A stretch of DNA of 50,368 bases from Verrucomicrobiota bacterium (GTDB lineage: Bacteria; Verrucomicrobiota; Verrucomicrobiia; Chthoniobacterales; UBA6821): NCBI GenBank assembly GCA_008933015.1, contig WBXH01000003.1, forward strand, positions 1 through 50,368, given 5' to 3'. Within the stretch, counting starts at the first letter, position 1. Every line of letters starts with the position of its first letter. The notes under the pieces are model-generated. The model did not search any database. It was not told where the DNA came from and saw nothing but the letters and a program-made list of their open reading frames with translations. Below are positions 1-12,061 of this stretch, piece by piece. The translations under genes were made by a program, and so were the position numbers.

Positions 1-645
1 GGTCCGGGTGCTTTGATGGAGTGGGCCGAGTCCCGGGGGCATTCCATAGCGTTTTGTCTGATCTGCCAGGATGTTCCCCTTCCCCCGCTGGAGAGCTTTG
101 ATCTCATGGTGAGCCTTGGGGGATGGATGGGAGCCTACGAGGAATCAAAGCACCCATGGCTAAGGACCGAAAAAGAGTATCTTCGGCAAGCTACTAGGAC
201 TGGAAAAAAGATCCTCGGACTCTGCCTCGGTTGCCAACTCCTGGCTGATGCTCTGGGAGGCAAAGCCTTCCGTCACACCTGCAAGGAGTTTGGATGGCAA
301 CCGATCGAAATCCTTCCCCAAGGAGCTGAATGGTTTGGAACAAGCGGGCTGTTCATGGCCTTCCAGTGGCATGGTGATACCTACTCACTTCCACCGGGAG
401 CCATTCAACTCGCTACAAACAGCGCCTGCGAGCAACAAGCCTTCCTAATCGGAAATCAGATACTCGGACTCCAGTTCCACTTGGAATGGACCGAACAAAT
501 GGCTCGCGATGCCTTGGCAGAACCAGGCGTCGCACCTCCAAAATCCCCTTTTGTTCAATCTCCTGAAGAAATCCTAAGCGACCTAACACTCTTTGAATCC
601 GGCAAGAGGCGGTTTTTCCTCATGATGGATCGATTCGTCAGCTAA
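1..645 (+). CDS. Class I glutamine amidotransferase-like protein (5' truncated by window edge)
   Basis: Frame open from base 1 (GPGALMEW); nucleophile elbow GLCLGCQL, FQWHGD and QFHLE (Cys-His-Glu triad). Confidence 0.9.
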   Translation, partial: GPGALMEWAESRGHSIAFCLICQDVPLPPLESFDLMVSLGGWMGAYEESKHPWLRTEKEYLRQATRTGKKILGLCLGCQLLADALGGKAFRHTCKEFGWQPIEILPQGAEWFGTSGLFMAFQWHGDTYSLPPGAIQLATNSACEQQAFLIGNQILGLQFHLEWTEQMARDALAEPGVAPPKSPFVQSPEEILSDLTLFESGKRRFFLMMDRFVS

Positions 646-651
646 AAATAG

Positions 652-725
652 TGCACCCGGCGAGGGTCGAACTCACAACCTCTTCCTTCGGAGGGAAGCG
701 CTCTATCCAGTTGAGCTACGGGTGC
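652..725 (-). tRNA. tRNA-Arg(CCG), CCA not encoded
   Basis: Reverse complement GCACCCGTAGCTCAACTGGATAGAGCGCTTCCCTCCGAAGGAAGAGGTTGTGAGTTCGACCCTCGCCGGGTGCA: acceptor GCACCCG/CGGGTGC, anticodon arm CTTCC-CTCCGAA-GGAAG, T loop GTTCGA. Confidence 0.95.
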
Positions 726-846
726 CTAGAGATAGGAATTTGCGGAGAACTCAAGGCTGGGTCAATATCCGTTTGAGAACCAGAGACCAAAAGGTCGAGA
801 GTGGCGGCGCGTTGACATGCTAGTTGAGAAAGAAGTTGAGTCTGTT

Positions 847-875
847 GAATAACAAGCCATGCACGCTTGTTATTC
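847..875. terminator. Perfect 11-bp hairpin just downstream of bioA; possible terminator
   Basis: GAATAACAAGC-catgcac-GCTTGTTATTC, 16 nt past the bioA stop; no separate U tract. Confidence 0.45.
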
Positions 876-891
876 CTGAAATGGCCAAACT

Positions 892-2241
892 TCAGGAGAT
901 CCCATGCCCACTAAAGTAATCCTCCAAAACAGCGAAAGCAAGTTCGAGGTCCTCGGGCAACACGCAATACGGTGGCATCATGTACACGACATTGCCGAGC
1001 GGCCTGAGAAGGACACCGTGATCCTGGCAATATCTGGCAAGGGGACGACCACCGCCGGCAGCATAGTCGCCCGACTTTCCCTTGAGTTCGAAAGCCCCGA
1101 TCCCGCCCAAGACACGCGTTTTCTCAATGGGAAAGCGACGCTCCAGTTTTTCAATACCATCCGCGAGTTGAGAGGAAATCCTGCCGACAACGGAGGCAGC
1201 CCCCCCTTTTTCAAGAAGATCCAGACTGGCAAGGGCGGCGGCACATGTGATCGGATTACCCGTGAAACTGTGTCCATGGGCAAGTGCTTCGGAGAAGGAA
1301 TCCCCAAGGAAGGCTGAGAAATACTCGCCTTTCACCAAGGTCGCACCCAGCGGAAGGATGCCCCCGGTGATTCCCTTGGAGAGACAGACAAGATCAGGAA
1401 GCACATCCGTCTGCATGTAGGCAAAGAGCGTTCCTGTACGGAAGAAACCGGTCATCACCTCGTCAAAGACCACCGGAATGCCGGCACTCCGCGCGAGCCT
1501 GCAGATTTCGGAGAGGAACTTGGGAGAATGAAACCGCATCCCGGCGGCTCCCTGGATGAGCGGCTCCACGATCAGGGCCGCAACATCACCGGAAATGTTT
1601 CCCAATTTTTCCTTGAAGGCACGGATGCAGGCAGACTCTTCATCGCGAACGGAAGCTCCCCTCCAGGTATGGGGTACCTCGAGGTTATCGACTTCAAACA
1701 TCCAGGAGCGGAACGCATCGAAGAATCCCGAACTCTCACCCACGGTCATGGCCCCAAGGGTATCGCCATGATAACCGCCCCGGAACGTCATGATCCGAGG
1801 TCTGTGCTGGCCGCGGTTGCGCCAGTATTGATGGCAAATCTTCAGCGCAACTTCGACGGCCGTGGAGCCGTTGTCACTATAGAAAAGACGCGTACCATCC
1901 CCCAGACCGGAAAGCTTCACCAATTTTTCGGCAAGCGCGACAGCCGGTTCATGGGTGACTCCCGCGAAGTGCACGTGATCCAGATTGAGAACCTGCCTTG
2001 AAATTGCAGCGGCCAATTCAGTGCGGCCATGACCGTGAATATTGACCCACCACGAGGAGATCATGTCGAGGTAGGCTTTGCCTTCCCCATCATAAAGATA
2101 AGCCCCTTTGGCCGAGGCCACGCACAGGGGATCATCCGAGGAACGATGCTGGGTGTAGGGATGCCAGAGGAAGGAGGCATCCCTGCTGACTAGATCTTTA
2201 TTTTTCACGACTTCATGAAACTGCACTATTTTGGGACCCAA
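892..2241 (-). CDS. bioA: Adenosylmethionine-8-amino-7-oxononanoate aminotransferase
   Basis: LWHPYTQ, SSWWVNIHGH, DNGSTAVEVALK, YHGDT, FDEVMTGF, PLP lysine in CLSKGITGG, LLRPLGN. Confidence 0.95.
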   Translation of the reverse strand: MGPKIVQFHEVVKNKDLVSRDASFLWHPYTQHRSSDDPLCVASAKGAYLYDGEGKAYLDMISSWWVNIHGHGRTELAAAISRQVLNLDHVHFAGVTHEPAVALAEKLVKLSGLGDGTRLFYSDNGSTAVEVALKICHQYWRNRGQHRPRIMTFRGGYHGDTLGAMTVGESSGFFDAFRSWMFEVDNLEVPHTWRGASVRDEESACIRAFKEKLGNISGDVAALIVEPLIQGAAGMRFHSPKFLSEICRLARSAGIPVVFDEVMTGFFRTGTLFAYMQTDVLPDLVCLSKGITGGILPLGATLVKGEYFSAFLGDSFSEALAHGHSFTGNPITCAAALASLDLLEKGGAASVVGRISSQLADGIEKLERRFPIEKTRVLGGIGAFELKGKSGDYAAGGGRPLARYCQDHGVLLRPLGNVVYMMPPYCVLPEDLELAFAVLEDYFSGHGIS

Positions 2242-2293
2242 TCAATAAAGAGAAATGCCCACATTGAAGGATCCCCACCCAGACATGGATCAA

Positions 2294-4762
<2,469 letters not shown>

Positions 4763-4771
4763 CTTGGGTGA

Positions 4772-4969
4772 CTATCCTCCGGCCGAGATGGACATCAGCT
4801 CCAGGTTGTCCCCTTCTCCAAGACTGACGTCCCCCCACTCGGATCGGAGGAGCGCCTTGCCATTGTACTCCACGAGCAGGAGTGAGGGGTTCAGCTGAAG
4901 GGACTTGAAAAGAGACTCCAAGGTTCCGGCATCGGTCTCCCGGGACTCGCCGTTAACCGTGAGACGCAT
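4772..4969 (-). CDS. thiS: Sulfur carrier protein ThiS
   Basis: 65 aa from ATG at 4969 (TGATG overlap with thiH stop): MRLTVNGE...VEYNG...LGEGDNLELMSISAGG, ending in Gly-Gly. Confidence 0.92.
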   Translation of the reverse strand: MRLTVNGESRETDAGTLESLFKSLQLNPSLLLVEYNGKALLRSEWGDVSLGEGDNLELMSISAGG

Positions 4970-6093
4970 CACGCGGCACTCCCGAGGATTGCGACATCCC
5001 AGTCCTTCCATATGGGCTCAAGTCCCAGGGAACTGAGCATCGCGGCCACCTCGGATGGGGATCTATCGTCGCTGATGGAGAACTGTTCGGTCGCGGAGGT
5101 TGATCCACAGGTCGCGTCGATCCTCTTTCCCCCGACGGTCTGATGCAGTTGATCAGCACCTTGGCCGGTGTATCCACCCGGTTCCGTGTGGCTTCCCGCA
5201 CTCATCATGGTGATGCCGAGAGGAGCAAGCGAGTCACGCAAGAATGCAGGCTCTCTGGTACTCAGGATAATACTGATCTGGGGAAAGGTGGTGCGCAGGG
5301 CGCAGATCAGCTGCGTAAGATCCCGATCATCGAAGGGGAAACGTGGAGCGAAGGAACCGGCCGCAGGGCGGAGTCTCGGAAGGCTGACCGTCAACTGCGA
5401 CGTCCAGCAGGTGCGTTGCAGTTGAAAGATGTGGGCGGCAAGGGCGACAGCCTCCTTTCTCCAGTCAGCAAGACCGAAGAGAACGCCGATGCCGAGCCTC
5501 CTGAATCCCGCTGCATGGGCTCGCTCCGGAGCATCCAACCTCCAGTCATAATCCTTCTTAGGGCCTGCCGTGTGAAGTTCACGGTAGGTCTCCCTGTCAT
5601 AGGTCTCCTGATAGACTACCAACCCCTCGGCACCAGCCGCCACGAGCGGCAGATAGTCCTCAGTCTCCATCGGGGCGACTTCGAGTGAGAGGCTTGGGAT
5701 CTCCCCCGTCAGTCTCTCCAGGCAACGCTGAAGGTATCCCCCGGAGACAAACTTGGGATGCTCGCCGGCCACTAGGAGAACATTGCGAAATCCTTCCTCA
5801 GCGAGGTGCTTTGCCTCGGCCGCCACCTGCTCGATCTCAAGGGTTACCCTCAGGATGGCATTGTCACGGGAGAAACCGCAGTAAGCGCAGGAGTTGATGC
5901 ATTCGTTGGAGAGGTAGAGCGGGGCGAACATCCGCATTGTTCTCCCAAAATGCCGCCTTGTAACCGCAGCGGACTTCCTAGCCAAGGACTCCAGGACTAC
6001 ATCGCTGCAGGGGTCGATCAGCCGGCGAAAAGCGGCCAACTCCGCAGAGGGAGTGACAAGTCTGGAATCGATCTCGGCGGAAAATGACATCAT
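4969..6093 (-). CDS. thiH: 2-iminoacetate synthase (radical SAM)
   Basis: FAPLYLSNECINSCAYCGF (CxxxCxxC), YQETY, SLPRLRP, MSAGSHTEPGGY, EQFSISDDRS...WKDWD. Confidence 0.95.
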   Translation of the reverse strand: MMSFSAEIDSRLVTPSAELAAFRRLIDPCSDVVLESLARKSAAVTRRHFGRTMRMFAPLYLSNECINSCAYCGFSRDNAILRVTLEIEQVAAEAKHLAEEGFRNVLLVAGEHPKFVSGGYLQRCLERLTGEIPSLSLEVAPMETEDYLPLVAAGAEGLVVYQETYDRETYRELHTAGPKKDYDWRLDAPERAHAAGFRRLGIGVLFGLADWRKEAVALAAHIFQLQRTCWTSQLTVSLPRLRPAAGSFAPRFPFDDRDLTQLICALRTTFPQISIILSTREPAFLRDSLAPLGITMMSAGSHTEPGGYTGQGADQLHQTVGGKRIDATCGSTSATEQFSISDDRSPSEVAAMLSSLGLEPIWKDWDVAILGSAA

Positions 6094-6173
6094 TTGGATT
6101 ATGAGGTAGGAATGGTTAAGTATGAAGAAAGAAGAGCCTCATTCTTCAGGATGTAGTAAAATGAGCCGTCCGG

Positions 6174-7166
6174 CTAATTCATGCCTTTAGCGACCGCAAA
6201 CTGACCCAGGGCCTTCATTTCCTGATGGGTAGGAGGCCTCCCAATACCTCTCCACGAGTCATCCAACCCCGAGACAGGTGAAGTTTTTCCGTTTTTCCAG
6301 ACAAACGAACTTCCAAAAAAAGGACCAACTTTCAGCGGATCACTCCAAAGATGAATCGCAAGGGTCTTGGAGGAGTTGAGTGCAACCGCCAAATGCATCG
6401 GTCCACTGTCGGAACTGACCGTGAAGGAAGAGGCGCGCAGAATGCCAATGAGTTCCAACAAGTCGGTTCGGTTGCTCCAGTCCTCGACATTCTGGGGAAA
6501 ATCAGTGATCGGCTTCCCTCTCCCCACGATGATGACTCTGTACTCGGATTGGGCGGTCACCCCGCGTATGAAAGCCCGTATCATTCCCTCGTCCAGGCTC
6601 TTGCCCTTGCCCCGGGCATAGGGATGAAGCACCACGTAGGGAGAGGTAGTATCGAACCCTGCGGGAAGATGACTTTCAGGTAACGCGAATTCGGGAGCCT
6701 GAGGTTGAGGGATTCCAAGGTGGTCGAGCACACCAAGATAGCGCGTCACCGCATGATCGTGACGATTTACCTTTACCCTCTCTCCATGGAGTAGGGTGGA
6801 TCCCTCACGCGCATCGGATAAACCGATGACTCTCGGGGCACCTGAGATCCTTGCAAAGAGGGCACTGCGAAGGAGTCCCTGCAGATCAATGGTCATGTCG
6901 GGCTTCCAGTCACCAAGGATCCTCAACCAAGAAATCGCACGTAACCAACCGGAAGGTCCATGGAATTTATCACGAGGGAAGAGTACCGTTTCAGAAATAG
7001 CGGGATTCCCCTCGACCAGCATCCTCCATGCGGGTTGTAGAAGCCATCTGATCTCGGTATCAGGATAGTGGCGGTGGATCGCGGAGACCACAGGGAGTGC
7101 ATGGATCACATCTCCCATGGAGCTAGGTTTGATCAAAAGAATCCGCATGCGTCGGGTACTCTTCAT
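6174..7166 (-). CDS. GT9 family LPS heptosyltransferase (WaaC-like)
   Basis: ILLIKPSSMGDVIHALP, IDLQGLLRSA, HAVTRY, DSGPMHLA. Confidence 0.88.
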   Translation of the reverse strand: MKSTRRMRILLIKPSSMGDVIHALPVVSAIHRHYPDTEIRWLLQPAWRMLVEGNPAISETVLFPRDKFHGPSGWLRAISWLRILGDWKPDMTIDLQGLLRSALFARISGAPRVIGLSDAREGSTLLHGERVKVNRHDHAVTRYLGVLDHLGIPQPQAPEFALPESHLPAGFDTTSPYVVLHPYARGKGKSLDEGMIRAFIRGVTAQSEYRVIIVGRGKPITDFPQNVEDWSNRTDLLELIGILRASSFTVSSDSGPMHLAVALNSSKTLAIHLWSDPLKVGPFFGSSFVWKNGKTSPVSGLDDSWRGIGRPPTHQEMKALGQFAVAKGMN

Positions 7167-7984
7167 GGGGGTAGTCTCTTCGGTGCTTTCAATGGATTTG
7201 AAGGATCGCGAGTTGCGGAATCATCAATCCATTGATCCTTGGGAATCCCAAGCTTCTGCTCGAACTCATGGAGACGAGTCACAAGGGTCGGCACCCGTTG
7301 TTGCATACCCTCGCGATAAAGCGACAGGAGGCGGTCATAGGCCTCCCTCTCGCTACCCGGCGTCTGGGAGGACTCGTAGGCAGCGAGACGCTTCAAATAC
7401 GGCGGGGCGTTCTTAAAAGAGGCCGCCTTTGCATAAGCATCGGCAGCCGCCCCGTGATCCACTTCCCTCAATCCGGCCAGTCTCCCCAAACTCTCGTAGA
7501 GAAGATACTGATCGGGATTGTTTTTTATCCCCCTTTCAAGGAAGTCTCTGCCCAGTGCCACGTACTGGGCTGCTGAACGCTCGCGCAACACTTCGCTGGG
7601 TTGCGTAAGGTCCTGGAGAGCCGAGGCCCTGGCGTTCCAGGCCATGTGCCATGCGGCGATATCCCAGTAGAGAAGAACGCGCGGTTGGAGGGCCGTGACC
7701 GAATCGAACAGCGCGGCCATCTTTCCCCACTCGGTCTTCTCCCAAGCGCCATGGGCACTGATCCAAAGGATCGCGGCAACAGGTGCCCTGAACCCGCTCA
7801 AGGCGGCGATGAAACCGGCCTGACCGACACGCTCGCGCAATCCGAGGTCGAGAGTCGCGCTCCTGAAGTGGGCGGATCGATCAAGATGCTGCAACTCGAT
7901 CAACCATGGCAGAATAAGGCTCCCCGCGATTCCCAGAAAGAGGATCGCAAAAAGAACCCGGAGTGGGTTAACGCGTCCCGTCAT
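7163..7984 (-). CDS. Membrane-anchored helical (TPR-like) hypothetical protein
   Basis: N-terminal hydrophobic helix; ALSGFR, AWHMAWN, FLERGIKNNP; tightly coupled to flanking genes. Confidence 0.75.
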   Translation of the reverse strand: MTGRVNPLRVLFAILFLGIAGSLILPWLIELQHLDRSAHFRSATLDLGLRERVGQAGFIAALSGFRAPVAAILWISAHGAWEKTEWGKMAALFDSVTALQPRVLLYWDIAAWHMAWNARASALQDLTQPSEVLRERSAAQYVALGRDFLERGIKNNPDQYLLYESLGRLAGLREVDHGAAADAYAKAASFKNAPPYLKRLAAYESSQTPGSEREAYDRLLSLYREGMQQRVPTLVTRLHEFEQKLGIPKDQWIDDSATRDPSNPLKAPKRLPP

Positions 7985-7986
7985 GA

Positions 7987-8868
7987 TCAGAGTTCCCTTT
8001 TTTGAAAAAGAAAACAGGCAACCAAATAATAGATCACGGTATAGACGCCCCCCAAGGCCATGGTTTGCCAGAAAACATCCATGGGCAGTCCCTTTCCTAC
8101 AACGATATCATCGCTAAGGTTGAATGCCTGAAGGTCCGGAAAGACAAGCGCCAGAAGGGCGCTAAAAAACCGTGACCACCAGTGCACATCAACGCCCCCC
8201 AACCAATACTCACGGGCTGTCTCCTGCAGATGCCCTATGAAGTAGGCGGTGGCGGACATCAGGATTGCGAAGATGCCGCTCGTGGCGAATGTCGAGATCA
8301 TGAGGGTCAAGGATGCGATCAACGACGCCTTCGCAAAAAGGATCCCCATGGCAGGGATGAGATTCCAGTTAAAGGCTGATTTCCTGACCTCGGCCAAGGC
8401 CGAAACGAGTTCCTGAGGAGATCCGGCGAGTGTGGTCCGTGTCTCCAGAATAACTGACTGCTCCCGCAACAGGAGGACCGTCAGAAAGAGAACTCCCATG
8501 ACCAGAGTGGAAAGAAGGAGCATGGCAAGAACACCCAGTAACTTGCCCAAGAGGTACTCGTGACGCGGGACCGGCTTTGAGAGGATAGTGAAGATGGTGC
8601 GGTCCTCCAGATCCCGGGGAAGGAGCATCGCTGCGGCAAGGATCGCTAGGAAGCTCAGGAAGAGGGACATCGCGCCGAGGGCCACATCCTTGAGCATCTG
8701 AAACTCCTCCTGAAAGGAAAACCTGGCCAAAAATGAGGAGCATCCGATCACCATCAGCGAAAAAATCAGGAGGAATAAAAAAACTTTCTGGCGCACCTGG
8801 TCGGTAAATGTGTTCCCGGCAATGGCGAGAATACGGGACGAGGACGAAAGGCTTCTGCTCATCAGCAC
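7987..8868 (-). CDS. ABC-2 type transporter permease
   Basis: About six hydrophobic segments; DLEDRTIFTILSKPVPRHEYLLGKLLG motif; C-terminal FQKREL. Confidence 0.88.
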   Translation of the reverse strand: MLMSRSLSSSSRILAIAGNTFTDQVRQKVFLFLLIFSLMVIGCSSFLARFSFQEEFQMLKDVALGAMSLFLSFLAILAAAMLLPRDLEDRTIFTILSKPVPRHEYLLGKLLGVLAMLLLSTLVMGVLFLTVLLLREQSVILETRTTLAGSPQELVSALAEVRKSAFNWNLIPAMGILFAKASLIASLTLMISTFATSGIFAILMSATAYFIGHLQETAREYWLGGVDVHWWSRFFSALLALVFPDLQAFNLSDDIVVGKGLPMDVFWQTMALGGVYTVIYYLVACFLFQKREL

Positions 8869-9659
8869 TTGCTTGCTCTCTTTGCTGGAAAGCGAGTCCC
8901 TACATCCTCTCCGGCAACAGCGCCAGTGATTTGCTTCTTCATCCTACCGTCGGCAATGACGGTCTCGACACCTGCCTCAACAGCGGTACGGACTGCCTGA
9001 AGCTTTGCCCCCATGCCTCCGGTTGAATGTTTCCCCTTCTCCGAAGTCACGTGACGGAATGCCGCCTCCACGTCGGTAACCACGGGAATGCGGGCCGGCT
9101 TGCCACCCGGATGTGATGCCTTCTCTAGGAGGCCGTTGGCGCTCGTGAGCAGGAGCAACAGACGGGCACTGACAAGCTGCGCAACTTCGGCCGAAAGGCG
9201 GTCATTGTCACCGAAGCGAAGCTCTTCCACGGCGACCGTATCATTTTCGTTGATGACGGGTACCACGCCCGGCGAGGAGAGAAGTTTTCCGAGTGTCACG
9301 CTCGCGTTGCGACGACGTCCCGAATCAAAGATATCATCGTGGGTCAGGAGAAGTTGTGCGGTTCTTAACCCGTACTTGGAAAAACAACGGGCATAGGCCT
9401 CCATGAGGAGGGGTTGGCCCACAGCGGCACAGGCCTGCTTTCCTGCCAAGTCGATTGGACGATCCGGCAGGCCGAGGGCATCGACCCCGGCGGCGACAGC
9501 CCCACTGGAAACGACGACGCACGGGATACCCAAGGCGATCAGCGAGGCGATTTCGCCACAGAGACGGCGGAACTGAGCTGTATCGAGGGAACATCCCCCC
9601 TTTGTGGCAAGGATACCGGTTCCGAATTTCAGGACGACTGGACGTTGTTTCATGGGCAC
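8862..9659 (-). CDS. proB: Glutamate 5-kinase (short form, no PUA domain)
   Basis: VVLKFGT, VSSGAVAAG, KQACAAVGQ, INENDTV, FGDNDRLSA, TGGMGAKL. Confidence 0.95.
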   Translation of the reverse strand: MPMKQRPVVLKFGTGILATKGGCSLDTAQFRRLCGEIASLIALGIPCVVVSSGAVAAGVDALGLPDRPIDLAGKQACAAVGQPLLMEAYARCFSKYGLRTAQLLLTHDDIFDSGRRRNASVTLGKLLSSPGVVPVINENDTVAVEELRFGDNDRLSAEVAQLVSARLLLLLTSANGLLEKASHPGGKPARIPVVTDVEAAFRHVTSEKGKHSTGGMGAKLQAVRTAVEAGVETVIADGRMKKQITGAVAGEDVGTRFPAKRASKC

Positions 9660-9662
9660 TTT

Positions 9663-10604
9663 TTATTCTGCGCTAGCTGCGATCATGATTTCCAGAAAAC
9701 CCGCCTCAAGGGCAAGCCCCTCCTGAACTCCGCGTTCCAGGGACGAGCGGAGTTTTTCCACCGCTTCAAGACATCGGAGCAGTCGGCGTGACTCGTCGTT
9801 GTCGAGTGACGTTCTGCCATCATGCAGCATGCGGATCCTCATCCCGAAATGATCTGCAACCAAGGAGAGGAGGCGCGAGCGTTCTTGGAGGGACTCGGAC
9901 TCGGCCACCGCCTTGAGTTGCTCTTCTCTCTCGGACATATCGGTCTCAGTGGTTTTTCCAAAATGTGATTTCTCAGCCGAGAGCTCTTCCTTAAGCCTTT
10001 CGGAAGCCTCTTCCCGGGACTCTTCAAGGAGATCCCTGAAGCATCTTGTAAGTCCGAAGGCTGCCGTCGCATCGGTATGAGCACCCTCGGTAAAGAAGCG
10101 CTCCATGATGTTGCGAAGCCTCGTTGATCGGGTATCCTCCGGCAAACCCTTCCCGGACCGTAAAGCCACGGAGATGCAGCGAGAGCGGATTGTCTCCAGA
10201 AGGGCTTCCGGCAATTCCGTGGTCAGCAGGAGGAGTGAACCGTCTGGTGGTTCCTCCAGTGTTTTCAAAAAGGCATTCGCAGCCTGAGGCATCAACCGGT
10301 CTGCATCGCGGATCACAGCCACCTTGCGCTTCCCCTTTTCGGGTGTCCGGTGGAGCGCCGCTTCAAGATCCCTGATCTGCTCGGTAAGAAGCCGGCGGGA
10401 CTTCGATCCTGGCTCGATGACATGAAAGTCAGGAAGACTCTCCACATGGATCGCTCCGTCCCCAAGAAACAGACCAGCCAGTTCATTGGCCAGCAGATTG
10501 ACCCCAGATCCCGGCACTCCCGAAATCAGATAGGCATGGCCAAGCCTCCCCTCGTCGAGGGCCTTTTTTAAAAGGTTGAGGGATTCTTCCCTAGATAAGG
10601 CCAT
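9663..10604 (-). CDS. holB: DNA polymerase III delta-prime subunit
   Basis: GRLGHAYLISG, AANAFLKTLEEPP, ETIRSRC; follows tmk; start placed at ATG 10604 (MALSREES). Confidence 0.9.
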   Translation of the reverse strand: MALSREESLNLLKKALDEGRLGHAYLISGVPGSGVNLLANELAGLFLGDGAIHVESLPDFHVIEPGSKSRRLLTEQIRDLEAALHRTPEKGKRKVAVIRDADRLMPQAANAFLKTLEEPPDGSLLLLTTELPEALLETIRSRCISVALRSGKGLPEDTRSTRLRNIMERFFTEGAHTDATAAFGLTRCFRDLLEESREEASERLKEELSAEKSHFGKTTETDMSEREEQLKAVAESESLQERSRLLSLVADHFGMRIRMLHDGRTSLDNDESRRLLRCLEAVEKLRSSLERGVQEGLALEAGFLEIMIAASAE

Positions 10605-11232
10605 GACAACGCTCCCTGATGGTTCTTTCGATCGACTTGGCCACGGACTCCTCATCGGGAGCGGCATCAATAACGGTAATTCTTTCGGGATGTTCGAGTG
10701 CTAGGGCGAGGTAACCTGAACGCACCGCCTCGTAAAAAGATGCATTTTCCTGCTCCATCCGATCCGCTGGCCCTTCCCGGAAAGAGGCACGGCGACATCC
10801 CTCCTCGGAGGGAAGATCAAGAAGGAGGGTCAGATCGGGGAGCGTCCCGCTCACGGCAAAATCATTGATCGCTGCGACATTCCTGGAATCCAAGGCACGA
10901 GCCACCCCCTGATAGACCGTCGTGGAATCAAGGAAGCGGTCGCAGAGTACGATGGCACCCTTCCGGAGTGCTGGCCTGATCACCTCGCGGACAAGTTGAG
11001 CACGACTTGCTGCAAAGAGAAGTAATTCCGCATCAGCAGTCATGGCCTTGGCGGATGCATCATGTTGGAGCAGGTGGCGGATGCTCTCCCCGATCGGTGT
11101 TCCACCAGGTTCCCTGATGGTAAACACTTCACGGCCCATAGATTGCAGGAATCCGGACAGGCGACGAATCTGCGTCGATTTGCCACACCCCTCGGAACCT
11201 TCAAAAGTGATGAACCACCCTTTGCTTGCCAT
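10591..11232 (-). CDS. tmk: Thymidylate kinase
   Basis: FITFEGSEGCGKSTQ, REPGGT, LLFAASRAQ, CDRFLDSTTVYQG. Confidence 0.97.
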   Translation of the reverse strand: MASKGWFITFEGSEGCGKSTQIRRLSGFLQSMGREVFTIREPGGTPIGESIRHLLQHDASAKAMTADAELLLFAASRAQLVREVIRPALRKGAIVLCDRFLDSTTVYQGVARALDSRNVAAINDFAVSGTLPDLTLLLDLPSEEGCRRASFREGPADRMEQENASFYEAVRSGYLALALEHPERITVIDAAPDEESVAKSIERTIRERCHGLI

Positions 11233-11320
11233 GGCTGTTGATCATACCTAGGCGAGGGTTGGGTTGAAGCGTTAAAACAGCGAATGACAGGCAAGCCCAA
11301 AAAACAGCACTGACTAAAAC

Positions 11321-11974
11321 TTATTGTTGGAAATCCACCGACGAAATCGAGCCGTTGCTTTGGAAGTCTTTCCCGAAGGAGAGCCTTATGCTCACGGGAC
11401 CACATCCTGCATCGGGAACGGAAATAATCGGAGCAGAACTGTAACCATATCCTCCATCGGTAACCTTGAAGGCAAGAATCTCACCTTTTTTCACAACAGC
11501 CAGAATCTCGGCCGGCTTATTGGGCCAAATGAGTCCATCTCTAGGCTCATAGCGGTAGCGGTCAGAAACGGCGTCGAGCAACTCACTGGTAACCCCATAT
11601 TTACCCAAGGCCGACAGGAGCACTGCTTTGTTCTGTCGTGCCCTTGCCTCATCGGGCTTCTCGCCCGGAGCCACGGGTCTGACTTTACTGAAAGCCTCTC
11701 GAAAAACCTCGGAAGTTACTCCAAGGGCACCCGCGACCAAGTCAATCGGGCGACCATGATCCTGTGGATCGGTATCATGCCCCCCCGTTAGCACGACGGG
11801 AACCAGTGTGATGCCAGCCGTGTCAAATCCAGAGGACACAGCTGCAGCGTTCACTGCGGAGAAAGTATTCGAGGCGGCAGCAGAAGTCTCAAGGGCACCG
11901 GTCAAGGAAATCATCGCCAATACGAGCGAGGGCAACCCGAGTGAATAACGATGGCTAAAAACGATTGGGGTCAT
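11321..11974 (-). CDS. Putative exported hypothetical protein
   Basis: ATG at 11974 lies downstream of a terminator; signal-like hydrophobic stretch; GGHDTDPQDHGRP and GGYGYSSAP motifs. Confidence 0.7.
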   Translation of the reverse strand: MTPIVFSHRYSLGLPSLVLAMISLTGALETSAAASNTFSAVNAAAVSSGFDTAGITLVPVVLTGGHDTDPQDHGRPIDLVAGALGVTSEVFREAFSKVRPVAPGEKPDEARARQNKAVLLSALGKYGVTSELLDAVSDRYRYEPRDGLIWPNKPAEILAVVKKGEILAFKVTDGGYGYSSAPIISVPDAGCGPVSIRLSFGKDFQSNGSISSVDFQQ

Positions 11975-12019
11975 GGGAGAAACCTTCAACCGTGAACTGA
12001 ATCGGCGCGACGAAAATGC

Positions 12020-12052
12020 AAAAAAAGTGGTGGAGAAGGGAACCTCCACCAC
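12020..12052 (-). terminator. Rho-independent terminator after tal-lipoprotein genes
   Basis: Minus strand GTGGTGGAG-gttccctt-CTCCACCAC followed by TTTTTTT, 9 nt after the stop at 12062. Confidence 0.9.
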
Positions 12053-12061
12053 GATCATGGA

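Noticed and set aside
6094-6173. TPP riboswitch upstream of thiH
   Set aside because: Only 80 nt and lacks the CTGAGA and CCTGA...GGGA core on the coding strand.
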